Source: an uncultured delta proteobacterium
Lineage (GTDB): Bacteria; Myxococcota; Myxococcia; Myxococcales; Myxococcaceae
Assembly: GCA_963713045.1 (NCBI GenBank)
Contig: CAVQKE010000003.1
Coordinates: 768,001-832,000, forward strand
Length of the DNA: 64,000 nucleotides
Reading direction: 5' to 3'
Positions 53,959 to 62,440 of this stretch are shown in pieces. The notes under the pieces were generated by a model, which was not told where the DNA came from, searched no databases, and saw nothing but the letters and a program-made list of their open reading frames with translations. The position numbers were made by a program, and so were the translations under genes. How positions within the stretch are numbered: position 1 is the first letter of the stretch; every line of letters begins with the position of its first letter.

Positions 53959-54771
53959 CTAGCGCACCCGCAGCCCACCGTGTGGAAGCGGCGCGGCCGT
54001 CTCCTCAGCGAAGTCCATGAATTGCTCCATCTCCCGAACGGTGTCCTCGGTGGCCTGCACCTCCACCGACAGGGCGTCCAGTTGCCGCGTGATGTGCTCC
54101 GGGTCGCGGATGGCGATGGACTGCTCGTGGGTCAGCCTCAGCAAGTCCTCGATGCTGGCCAGCTGGTGGCTGACCACCGCCCGGCTTTCTTCGGCCTGGG
54201 TGAAGCGCTGCAGGCGCTTGCTGAGGATTTCCACCCGCTTCTGCTTCACCTCGTGCAGTCGGGGGTTGGCCTCGGCTGCCACGTCGGCTTTGAGCTCTGT
54301 CAATTCGGCGTCCAACGCCTGTCGGTCGGCCACGCTCAGGTAACGCCGGTAGCCATTCAACGTGCTGAGCAGCCGCAGAAAGGACGTCAAAAGGGCGTCC
54401 ACCCGGCTCTCACTGGAGGCGGCCAGCACCCGGCCTCCCGGCAGCCGCCGGTAGTTGGCCTCAATTTTCTCCTTGAGGTCGCGGAGTCGGTGGTAGTGCT
54501 CTCGCTGGCTGGGGGCCAACTCGGCGAGGAGGCCTTCCACTTCCGCCGCTCCACCGGCCGGAATTTCCTTGGCCCGCGCCGCCCGTCGGAACCGCGGGTC
54601 GATGCCCACCACCACCAGGTAGAAGGCTTCAAGGCCGCCGGCAACCGCCAGCGGCAGCGTCTGGCCGGTGAGCAGCGTCGCCCCCACGGCGCCCGACAGG
54701 CCGATGAGGTTGGCCGGGGCCAGCAGTGCCGACTTCAGCCAAACGAGGGAGAAAGGGGGCTTGTCACTCAA
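53959..54771 (-). CDS. Hypothetical protein: N-terminal membrane hairpin plus long coiled coil
   Basis: Hydrophobic N-terminus, heptad-rich remainder; GTGA-type overlap with the upstream gene. Confidence 0.8.
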   Translation of the reverse strand: MSDKPPFSLVWLKSALLAPANLIGLSGAVGATLLTGQTLPLAVAGGLEAFYLVVVGIDPRFRRAARAKEIPAGGAAEVEGLLAELAPSQREHYHRLRDLKEKIEANYRRLPGGRVLAASSESRVDALLTSFLRLLSTLNGYRRYLSVADRQALDAELTELKADVAAEANPRLHEVKQKRVEILSKRLQRFTQAEESRAVVSHQLASIEDLLRLTHEQSIAIRDPEHITRQLDALSVEVQATEDTVREMEQFMDFAEETAAPLPHGGLRVR

Positions 54772-55937
54772 GGTCCGCGTGCCTCCAGTCCGCGCAAGGT
54801 CGAGAGGTCCAGCGTCTCTCCCGGTTTCCGCAGTGGCTCCGTCCGGCGTTCCAGCTTGGCAAACAGCTGCAGCGCGCTCTGGTACAGCTCCTCGTACGTG
54901 ACTGGCGCCTCGCCCGCCAGTCCGAAGAAGGCGAGGTTGTCCTTCAGCGTGGCCGGCGCGCTGGTGCGCACCGCCTCGGTGGGGTCTCCCAACTGGGGCG
55001 CCACGTCCCCCAGAAGCCGCGCTCCGGCCGAAGCGTCTTTCAGCTGAGCGGCGTCGGCGTCCAACAGGCCCCGGACCACGCGCCGGACGGCGTCCGGGTA
55101 GCGGGCGGCGAATTCGCCCCGGGCCACCAGGACGCTGGCAATCAGGTGGGGTGCATCCGCGGTGGTGGCCAGGACGGTGCCGCCGCGCTCCCGAGCCGCC
55201 GCCTCGACGTCGGCCGTCATTCCCACCACGGCGTCGGCCCGGCCTTCGCGCAAGGCGCGCCCGGCGTCAAAGGCCGAGGGCAGCTCCACCCAGCGCACGT
55301 CCAGGGGCGTCAGCCCGGCGCGCATCAGCAGCCACAGTGCGAAGTACTGGCTCGCCGACTGGGACGCGGTCGCCAGCCGCTTTCCCCTCAACGACGCCAG
55401 CGCGGGCACCCGCACTGCGGCCAGCGCGTCTTCCCCGCGGCTGCGGCCAAGCAGCATTTCCACCCGCGGCGCCGCATCCCGCAGGGCGTCTGCCCAGGCG
55501 GCCAGTCGGTCCACGGTGACCACCGCCATGTCCACCCCGCCCCGGTCGCCGCCCGCGGCCAGCGCATTGCGCAGCTCCTCCTCGCGCAAAAAGGGAATGG
55601 CACGGGCGTCGAGGGCATAGGCGGACTTCAACAGCCCGGGGCGCGCCTCGGCGCCACCTTCGCCGGTGGCCAACAGCAGCGGCGCGGCGCTTCCCCGCGG
55701 CACGAAGCCGATGAGGGTCGGCCGCAGTGGGATGGTGGCCACTTCATCCCCGGGCGCAGTCACCCCGGCGGGAAAGTCACCGGCGGACAGCGCCGCCCGC
55801 TGGCGCAAGAAGGGAAACACCCGGCCCGGCAGTACGTCCAGCCACCCAGTGGCCGAGGCCACCGCCCAGCCGCCCACCAGCAGCACCAGTGCGAGGAAGA
55901 GATACAGCCCCCCTTTCCGTCGCCAGGACACGGCCAC
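54768..55937 (-). CDS. Membrane-anchored solute-binding protein (NMT1/THI5/SsuA-like)
   Basis: N-terminal TM helix, SRGEDAL, LRGKRLA, AGLT..DV..V, G.ADAVV, VLATTADAPHLIASVLVAR. Confidence 0.82.
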   Translation of the reverse strand: MAVSWRRKGGLYLFLALVLLVGGWAVASATGWLDVLPGRVFPFLRQRAALSAGDFPAGVTAPGDEVATIPLRPTLIGFVPRGSAAPLLLATGEGGAEARPGLLKSAYALDARAIPFLREEELRNALAAGGDRGGVDMAVVTVDRLAAWADALRDAAPRVEMLLGRSRGEDALAAVRVPALASLRGKRLATASQSASQYFALWLLMRAGLTPLDVRWVELPSAFDAGRALREGRADAVVGMTADVEAAARERGGTVLATTADAPHLIASVLVARGEFAARYPDAVRRVVRGLLDADAAQLKDASAGARLLGDVAPQLGDPTEAVRTSAPATLKDNLAFFGLAGEAPVTYEELYQSALQLFAKLERRTEPLRKPGETLDLSTLRGLEARGP

Positions 55938-55947
55938 GGCGGGGGCG

Positions 55948-56682
55948 CTACTTGACCTCGACTTTCTTGCCGATGGTCTTTTCCGCCGCCTCGCCGCTGT
56001 CGGAGACGGGAGCCGGGCTGGAGATGCCCATCTCCATCTTGAATTGCTTCACCAATTCCATGGCCTGAAGCTTCTCGGCTTCCTCTTCAATCTGCAGAGA
56101 CTGGTGGTCGACTCCCTCCAGTGCCATCTGCATCCGCGCCTCGTTGATGGCCGCCGACTCCTGCACCTTGCGCAGCATCTCGTCGTGGGTGGCGTCGATG
56201 CCGGCCACTTGGAAGGACTCCATGGCATCGGCCACCTTGGCCTGCCACTTGGCCCGACGCGCGTCGCGGATGGCGCCCATCGCCTCCTGCGTCTTCTTGT
56301 CCTTCTCGCGCATGAACATCTTCTTCACGTTCAGCGCCTTGTCGTAGGCGGCCCGGGCGGTGGCCAGCTGCTCCTCGTTTCGCGCCAGCGCCGACTTCTC
56401 CATCTGCAGCCGGGTGGCGTACTGGGCGGCAAGGTCATCCCGGCTGGCTTGGATGGAGGCCTTCACCTTGGCGGTGAGGTCATTGACCTCGGTGCGGTAC
56501 TTGGCATTCTCCTTCTCCAGCAGCGTCACATTGGCCCGCACCATGGCGATGGACTCGTTCATCCGGGGGACCTGGTCGTTGAGGTCGCGGATGTTCTGCT
56601 CCAGGATGAGCTCCGGGTCTTCGATGCTGCTCACAAAGAAGCCGAAGAAGCTGCGCATCGCACGTCTGAAGCGGTTCCACAT
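55948..56682 (-). CDS. pspA: PspA/IM30 (ESCRT-III superfamily) protein
   Basis: Amphipathic N-helix MWNRFRRAMRSFFG, EDPELILEQ.IRDL, K.....RDDLA, coiled coil; GAGG RBS. Confidence 0.92.
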   Translation of the reverse strand: MWNRFRRAMRSFFGFFVSSIEDPELILEQNIRDLNDQVPRMNESIAMVRANVTLLEKENAKYRTEVNDLTAKVKASIQASRDDLAAQYATRLQMEKSALARNEEQLATARAAYDKALNVKKMFMREKDKKTQEAMGAIRDARRAKWQAKVADAMESFQVAGIDATHDEMLRKVQESAAINEARMQMALEGVDHQSLQIEEEAEKLQAMELVKQFKMEMGISSPAPVSDSGEAAEKTIGKKVEVK

Positions 56683-56803
56683 GGGGTTTATGTCCTCGCC
56701 AGTCTGACGCCTGCCGGATTTAGCACTTTTTCGGCCGGTGCCACTGCCACGCTGTCGTAAACACGACGTCCAGCGGGGGCCACCATTGCCCCACCGCCCC
56801 CCT

Positions 56804-57220
56804 TCAACGCCTTGGAAGCCAGGCGGCTCCAAAGGCCTCCGGTAACAGGCTCCCCAGGGTGTGGGTCGTCTGGACACCGGCCATCGTCCGACTTTGGACC
56901 GGCAGCTGCGCGTCGGCGAATTCCGCCAGCACCTGCCGGCACGCGCCGCAGGGGGGCACCGGCTGCGGGCTGTCGGCCAGCACCAGCAGCGCCCGCGGGC
57001 GGCCATGCCCAGCGACGACGCCGGCTGCCACCGCGTGGCGCTCCGCGCAGACGGTCAGGCCGGAGGAGGCATTCTCCACGTTGGCGCCAGAGGTCACGGT
57101 GCCGTCCTCGAAGAGGGCGGCGGCGCCGACGGCAAAGCCCGAGTAGGGCGCATAGGCGCCCGCCCGGGCCGCCTCCGCGGCACGGGCCAGGACTTCCCAG
57201 TCAACGGGCGCGGCGGCCAT
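56804..57220 (-). CDS. cdd: Cytidine deaminase
   Basis: AYAPYSGF.VGAA, GANVENAS.GLT.CAE, PCGACRQVLAEF. Confidence 0.95.
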   Translation of the reverse strand: MAAAPVDWEVLARAAEAARAGAYAPYSGFAVGAAALFEDGTVTSGANVENASSGLTVCAERHAVAAGVVAGHGRPRALLVLADSPQPVPPCGACRQVLAEFADAQLPVQSRTMAGVQTTHTLGSLLPEAFGAAWLPRR

Positions 57221-57300
57221 GGTGCCTGCCGTCAGCAGGCCAGCCTTTGCGCTTGGCCGCAAGCACGCCCAGGGCGGGTTGCTAAAGTGCGCGGCTTCCC

Positions 57301-58449
57301 GTGACTCCCCCTTCGGTGCCCGGCAGGCTTCCTGGGGCGGCGCTCTGCACCGCAGTGCTGCTGCTGGCGCTGCCCAACGCCCTGGCGCTCCGCACCAACG
57401 ACTTTCAAGTCTTCCACACCGCCGCCACCCGCGCCCTCCATGGCGAGCCCCTCTACCGGGCTGAGGACGGACGCTTTCCCTTCAAATACGCCCCGGTGGT
57501 GGCCCTCCTTTTGGCACCCATCGGGGCCCTGCCCCTTCGGCCGGCGAAGGCGGTTTGGGTGCTGGCCTCGGCACTGGCCGTCTTCGCCTTCCTCCGCGAG
57601 TCGGCCCGCCTCGCCGCGCCCCCGCCCACGGCGGGGCTCCACCCGCTGGCGCTGCTGCTGTTGTCTCCCTACGTGTGGCACCTCTTCTCCTTGGGACAAG
57701 TGGACGGCTTTCTTCTGGCGGCCATTGCCGTCAGCGAGCGGTGGGCGGCTCGCCGGCCGGTGGCCTCCGGGCTGCTGTGGGCGCTGGCCGTCCTCACCAA
57801 GCCGCCCTATCTCGTCTTTCTGGTGGTGGCCGTCGTCGGCCAGCAATGGCGGCGCCTCCTCGCGTTGGCCGGCTGGCTGTGTGCCCTCACCGTGCTTGCC
57901 CTGCCGGTGTGGGGGGTGGGGGCGCTTCGGGACTGGTGGGCCGTCCTCGGCGAAAGCACGCCGGACCTGCTGTGCGCGCCGCAAAACCAGTCCTTGTGGG
58001 CGATGGGCTGCCGCTACGGGCCGCCCGGGCCGGTCGGCATCCTGGCCGCTGGCCTGGTGGGGACCCTGGCGCTGGCTGCCTTGGGGCTGCGGGCGGCGCA
58101 CAGCGCGCCGGCCGACGCGCAAGCCACCGGCACGTCGACGGCGCTGGCGGCCACCGCCCTTGTCACGCCGCTCGGCTGGTGGACAAATTTCATCGCCCTG
58201 GGGCCGCTGGTGTACGGCCTCCTCGGCACCGCGCGCCAGGGGACGTCCCGGCTGCGGCTGCCGGCGCTGGTGGTGTGCCTGGCCCTGGCAGGGGTGGCCG
58301 TGCTGAGCGCGGACCTCATCTCCCGGGACGCCTTCGGGTGGTGGTTGCGCCAGAAGCACTATGGGGTGGCTGGGCTGGCCTGCGCGCTGGTGGGGCTGTG
58401 GGCCCGAGGAGGCCGCTACTCCCAGCCGATGACGACTTCATCAATGTAG
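57301..58449 (+). CDS. GT87/DUF2029 membrane glycosyltransferase
   Basis: DFQVF, G.PLY, FKYAP, GQVD, KP, NQSL; multi-TM. Confidence 0.85.
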   Translation: MTPPSVPGRLPGAALCTAVLLLALPNALALRTNDFQVFHTAATRALHGEPLYRAEDGRFPFKYAPVVALLLAPIGALPLRPAKAVWVLASALAVFAFLRESARLAAPPPTAGLHPLALLLLSPYVWHLFSLGQVDGFLLAAIAVSERWAARRPVASGLLWALAVLTKPPYLVFLVVAVVGQQWRRLLALAGWLCALTVLALPVWGVGALRDWWAVLGESTPDLLCAPQNQSLWAMGCRYGPPGPVGILAAGLVGTLALAALGLRAAHSAPADAQATGTSTALAATALVTPLGWWTNFIALGPLVYGLLGTARQGTSRLRLPALVVCLALAGVAVLSADLISRDAFGWWLRQKHYGVAGLACALVGLWARGGRYSQPMTTSSM

Positions 58450-58790
58450 CGCGCGATGGCCAGCTCGCCTTCGGTGCTCAGCTCCACGAAGCGGACGTGA
58501 AAGCCGAGCGAGCCTTGCCGCTCGCGACTGCCGATAATTTCGCCGCGGGCCTCAATCTCTCTATCCAGCCCGGGAAGCGCGACACGCACTTCGACGTCGC
58601 GACAGGGCACCGGGTGGCCAGCAGCCCAAAACACCCCTCCGGTGCTCAAGTCGCCGGTGGTTTGCTCGAAACTTTCCGCCTCGCGCGCACACCGGACCCG
58701 GAAGCTGAAAGGGATGCGTGGGGAATCGCGACGGTCGTGGACGCCTGGGGCAGCTACAGACATGGATGTCGACCTCGCTGTCGCCATCAT
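58416..58790 (-). CDS. Single PilZ-domain protein
   Basis: RDSPR and DLSTGG motifs, G.HVRF; start uncertain (58790 or 58763). Confidence 0.85.
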   Translation of the reverse strand: MMATARSTSMSVAAPGVHDRRDSPRIPFSFRVRCAREAESFEQTTGDLSTGGVFWAAGHPVPCRDVEVRVALPGLDREIEARGEIIGSRERQGSLGFHVRFVELSTEGELAIARYIDEVVIGWE

Positions 58791-58800
58791 TGTTTCAATT

Positions 58801-59631
58801 CTACATACTTGCTGCACTGGGAAGAAAGCCCGACAGAAGACGGCCCAGGGTCGCTGCCGCCCCACCTGCGGCTGCTTGGACATCCGCATGCGACAGAGGG
58901 CCATCAGCCAGGCCGGCGGCGGCGTTGGCAATGCAGCTGAGGGCGACGACAGGCACGCCCTGGTGAACGGCGGCGATGACTTCCGGGACGGTACTCATCC
59001 CGACGCAGTCCGCGCCCAGCTGACGCAATAGCCGCACTTCGGCCGGCGTTTCGTAGGACGGTCCTGCCACCATGGCGTACACGCCTTCGGCCAGCGGAAT
59101 GCCCAAGTCGGCGGCGGTGGCCTTCAGTGCTGCGCGCAGCCGCGGAGAGTAGGCGCTGCTCAAGTCCGGAAAGCGCGGCCCCACTGCCTCGTCGTTGGGG
59201 CCGGTGAGGGGGTTACTGCCCGACAGGTTGAGATGGTCCGTCACGAGGAGGATGTCCCCCGGGCGCAGCCCAGCGCGCACGCCCCCCGAGGCGTTGGTGA
59301 GGATGAGTGCGCGGATGCCGAGCCAACACAACAGCCGCACCGGGAAGGCCGCCTCGGAGGCGGTCCACCCTTCATAGGGGTGCAGTCGCCCCTGGAGGAC
59401 GGCCACCGGCACGCCGGCCAGGGTGCCCAAGACAAGCCGCCCAGGGTGGCCCTGCACGGAGGGGCGTCCAACGTGGGGGATGTCGGCAAAGGGGATGGCC
59501 ACTGCCCCCAGGCAGCCGTCCGCGGCGGCGCCGAGTCCGCTGCCAAGCACCACGCCCACCTTGGGCCAGAAGCTGGGGGCACGGGCCCGGACGGCCGCCG
59601 CGGCGGCGTCCAGCTGCTGGTGCAATGTCAA
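58801..59631 (-). CDS. punA: Purine-nucleoside phosphorylase (trimeric type)
   Basis: VLGSGLG, VQGH.G, QGRLHPYEG, TNASGG, GPSYETPAE, VGMSTVPE; TTG start overlaps the upstream stop. Confidence 0.95.
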   Translation of the reverse strand: MTLHQQLDAAAAAVRARAPSFWPKVGVVLGSGLGAAADGCLGAVAIPFADIPHVGRPSVQGHPGRLVLGTLAGVPVAVLQGRLHPYEGWTASEAAFPVRLLCWLGIRALILTNASGGVRAGLRPGDILLVTDHLNLSGSNPLTGPNDEAVGPRFPDLSSAYSPRLRAALKATAADLGIPLAEGVYAMVAGPSYETPAEVRLLRQLGADCVGMSTVPEVIAAVHQGVPVVALSCIANAAAGLADGPLSHADVQAAAGGAAATLGRLLSGFLPSAASM

Positions 59632-60938
59632 GGCTGGGCCTCCAGGCGCTCCAGCAGCAGGGGGACAGCGGGCGGCACAGTCTCCGCCAGCGCGTAGGCC
59701 GCCGCCACCCGGGCCAGCACTTCGGCCAGCGCCGGGCAGCGCGCCGGGTGGTGCACGCGCAGAAGCGGTTCCCCACGGCGCACCCTGTCTCCTCGGGTGC
59801 GCAGCACGGTGAAGCCCACCGCAGCGTCCACGGTGTCCTCGGCCCGCAGCCGTCCGGCGCCAAGCAGGACCGCCGCCCGTCCGAGGGCGAGGGTGTCCAG
59901 GTGCGCCACCACGCCGTCGGCGGGCGCAACCACCTCGGTGTGGCACTGGGCGGTGGGAAGGCCTCCCTCCAGGGCCTCTGGGCGCCCGCCCTGCCGCTTC
60001 ACCACCTGGCGCAGTTTCTCGAGGCCCCGACCGTCGCGGAGCGCGGCGAGCAGCAGCCGCCGGGCTGGCTCGGGCCCCGGGCTGATGCCGCCCAGGCACA
60101 GCATTTCGGCACCCAGCACCAGCGTCAGCTCTCGGACGTCCTCCGGGCCGCGCCCCGACAGCACCTCCACTGCCTCCGCCACTTCCAGGGCGTTGCCCAC
60201 CGCCCGGCCGAGGGGCCGGTCCATGTCCGTCAGCCAGGCGACCGCCGGACAGCCGAGGGCGGCGGACAGCCCCACCAGGGTGCGCGCCAATTCCCGCGCC
60301 CCGGCGTGCACCGTCATGAAGGCACCACTCCCCACCTTGACGTCGAGCACCAGGCCGTCGAGGTCCTCCGCCAGCTTCTTGCTGAGGATGCTGGAGGCAA
60401 TGAGAGGGATGGAGTCGATGGTGGCGGTGACGTCGCGCAGCGCGTAGAGGCGGCGGTCGACGGGGGCCAGCGTTTGCGTCTGGCCGGCGAAGCACAGCCC
60501 CAACTCCCCCACCGCCGCTTCCACCTCGGCCACCGACAAGTCGCTGCGAAAGCCTGGAATGGAGGCCAGCTTGTCCAGGGTCCCGCCGGTGTGGCCCAGG
60601 CCGCGCCCGGACAGCATGGGAACGCACACGCCGCAGGCCGCCACCAGCGGCGCCAGGACCAGCGACACCTTGTCCCCGACGCCACCCGTGCTGTGCTTGT
60701 CCACCTTCTTCGCGCTGATTCGGGACAAGTCCAACGAGGCGCCTGAATCCCGCATCGCCTCCGTCCAGGCCCGCAGCTCCTCCGGGCCCAGGCCGCGGAA
60801 GAAGATGGCCATGCACAACGCGGCCATTTGGTAGTCCGCCACCCGGCCCTGGGCGTAGTCAGCCAGAAGCGTGCGGATGGCGGCCGGCGGAAGCTCGCCT
60901 CCGTCCCGCTTGGTTTGGATGAGTTCGGCCGGCGTCAA
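59628..60938 (-). CDS. pdp: Thymidine/pyrimidine-nucleoside phosphorylase
   Basis: KRDG, VDKHSTGGVGDK, SGRGLGHTGGTLDKL, LYALRDVTAT, LDVKVGSGAFM, GNALEV.E. Confidence 0.96.
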   Translation of the reverse strand: MTPAELIQTKRDGGELPPAAIRTLLADYAQGRVADYQMAALCMAIFFRGLGPEELRAWTEAMRDSGASLDLSRISAKKVDKHSTGGVGDKVSLVLAPLVAACGVCVPMLSGRGLGHTGGTLDKLASIPGFRSDLSVAEVEAAVGELGLCFAGQTQTLAPVDRRLYALRDVTATIDSIPLIASSILSKKLAEDLDGLVLDVKVGSGAFMTVHAGARELARTLVGLSAALGCPAVAWLTDMDRPLGRAVGNALEVAEAVEVLSGRGPEDVRELTLVLGAEMLCLGGISPGPEPARRLLLAALRDGRGLEKLRQVVKRQGGRPEALEGGLPTAQCHTEVVAPADGVVAHLDTLALGRAAVLLGAGRLRAEDTVDAAVGFTVLRTRGDRVRRGEPLLRVHHPARCPALAEVLARVAAAYALAETVPPAVPLLLERLEAQP

Positions 60939-60983
60939 AGGACACCAAGTCCAGGGGCGACGTCCCCTCCCGAGGGCGGCCCT

Positions 60984-61017
60984 GAAAGTCGCCACCCCCT
61001 ATGACGGGGGTGGCGGC
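60984..61017 (-). terminator. Intrinsic terminator-like hairpin after the barrel gene
   Basis: Minus strand GCCGCCACCCCC-GTCATA-GGGGGTGGCGAC followed by TTTC. Confidence 0.65.
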
Positions 61018-61039
61018 GCGCCAAAAATGCAGTGAGGCG

Positions 61040-61714
61040 CTACTTCAGCTTGTAGGCCACACCCACCAGGCCATTCAACGCGAACGATGTGCTGCAGCCG
61101 CCACAGGTGGCGATGCTCGGGCCCATCGCCAGCTTGAAGGTGAGGAGCAAGTCGGGCTGCAGCGCATATTCCACGCCGCCACCGAACATCAGCGGGATGT
61201 AGAAGATGCTCGGGGAGAAAATCATCCAGAAGGGGATTTCGAAGGAGGCGTTGACGACGATTTTGTCCGCCACCGGGAACCCCATTTGCGCGCCGATGGG
61301 GAAGGTGATGCCGGCGGTGGTGCCACCGGAGGGGAAGTAGATGAGGAACCCCGGATCGAAGGTGAGGGCACCCTTGAATCCGGCGATTTCAAACAGCTGC
61401 TTCCGAAGGAGGAGCTGCGCGCCCAGCCCAACCCCAAAATTTCCCTGGGTCGAGCCATCCCAGCCACCCCAGTCGAGGCTGAAACGACCGCCGATGTCAG
61501 TTGTCGAGTCCAAGCCGTGGATGAAGTCGAGCCACAGGCCCGGCCAGCCCACCTGCCCGCGGATGACGTTGGCCCCGTCGCCGACGGTTTGCCCAGAGTC
61601 CACCGTATATGGAGTCGCGGGCGTCGAAGATGCCGGCTGGGTCTGCGCGCCGGCCACCCCGGCTGCCAGTGCCACGCCAAGGACCACTCCACGAACCACC
61701 GTCTGTCTACGCAT
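61040..61714 (-). CDS. Putative outer-membrane beta-barrel protein (paralog A)
   Basis: Signal peptide, alternating hydrophobic beta strands, C-terminal GVAYKLK; GGAGG RBS. Confidence 0.8.
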   Translation of the reverse strand: MRRQTVVRGVVLGVALAAGVAGAQTQPASSTPATPYTVDSGQTVGDGANVIRGQVGWPGLWLDFIHGLDSTTDIGGRFSLDWGGWDGSTQGNFGVGLGAQLLLRKQLFEIAGFKGALTFDPGFLIYFPSGGTTAGITFPIGAQMGFPVADKIVVNASFEIPFWMIFSPSIFYIPLMFGGGVEYALQPDLLLTFKLAMGPSIATCGGCSTSFALNGLVGVAYKLK

Positions 61715-61749
61715 TTTCCCTCCCCTTTTTGTCGAGCGCGAAGCCCGCG

Positions 61750-62418
61750 CTAGAACCTGTACGCTGCGCCAAACAACGCGTCCAGCGCGAACTGTGCTGA
61801 GGACCCACTGACGGTGTTGAGGGCCGGTCCAAGTTTGAGCTGAAACGTCAGCGCCAATTCCTTTGTGGGGTGGAACTCAACCCCGCCCCCGAAGAGAATT
61901 TGGATGCTGAAGTAGCCGGGGATGGGGTCGGACGCAAACGCCACCGCCATCGGCAGGTCGAAGGTGGCATTCACGATGACCTCCCGACTGACCGGAAAGC
62001 CGAACTGGAGTCCCACTGGAAAGCCGAGGCTGACCTGGGTCAGCCCGTCGACGAAAAATAAACCGATGCCAGGGTTGAAGGTCCCGGCAATCCAGATTTT
62101 TCCGTTGTCGAAGAAGTTCCGCCGAAGGGCAAGCGCGAAGCTGATGCTGTCGCCGGAGCAGCAGTTGCTGACGATGCCGCCGTCGCCGTAGCCAAAGGCG
62201 AAGATGGCACCAATGTCGGTTTGGTGGTCGAGGCCATAGGCAAACTCCACCCCGATGAAGGGAAAGCCTGCCTCTCCCCAGAGGACAGCGTTGCCGCTGC
62301 CGATGGTCTTTCCGGAGTCCACGCTCCAAGGCACGTCCGACGGAGCCGCTGTGGCTGGTGTCGACGCAGCGAGTAGCAGGAGCACTGCTGTCGAAAACAT
62401 TCCCCTTGGGTTTCCCAT
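61750..62418 (-). CDS. Putative outer-membrane beta-barrel protein (paralog B)
   Basis: Signal peptide, beta strands, C-terminal GAAYRF beta-signal; aligns by eye with paralog A. Confidence 0.8.
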   Translation of the reverse strand: MGNPRGMFSTAVLLLLAASTPATAAPSDVPWSVDSGKTIGSGNAVLWGEAGFPFIGVEFAYGLDHQTDIGAIFAFGYGDGGIVSNCCSGDSISFALALRRNFFDNGKIWIAGTFNPGIGLFFVDGLTQVSLGFPVGLQFGFPVSREVIVNATFDLPMAVAFASDPIPGYFSIQILFGGGVEFHPTKELALTFQLKLGPALNTVSGSSAQFALDALFGAAYRF

Positions 62419-62440
62419 CCAGGTCCCTCCCCGAACGACG

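Noticed and set aside
58801..60816. 671-aa ORF suggesting a fused phosphorylase
   Set aside because: Only the last ~276 codons are PNP; the rest overlaps pdp out of frame
61040..62418. Lower GC suggesting a horizontally acquired island
   Set aside because: Explained by Phe/Ile/Asn-rich composition; no integrase, att site or IS ends
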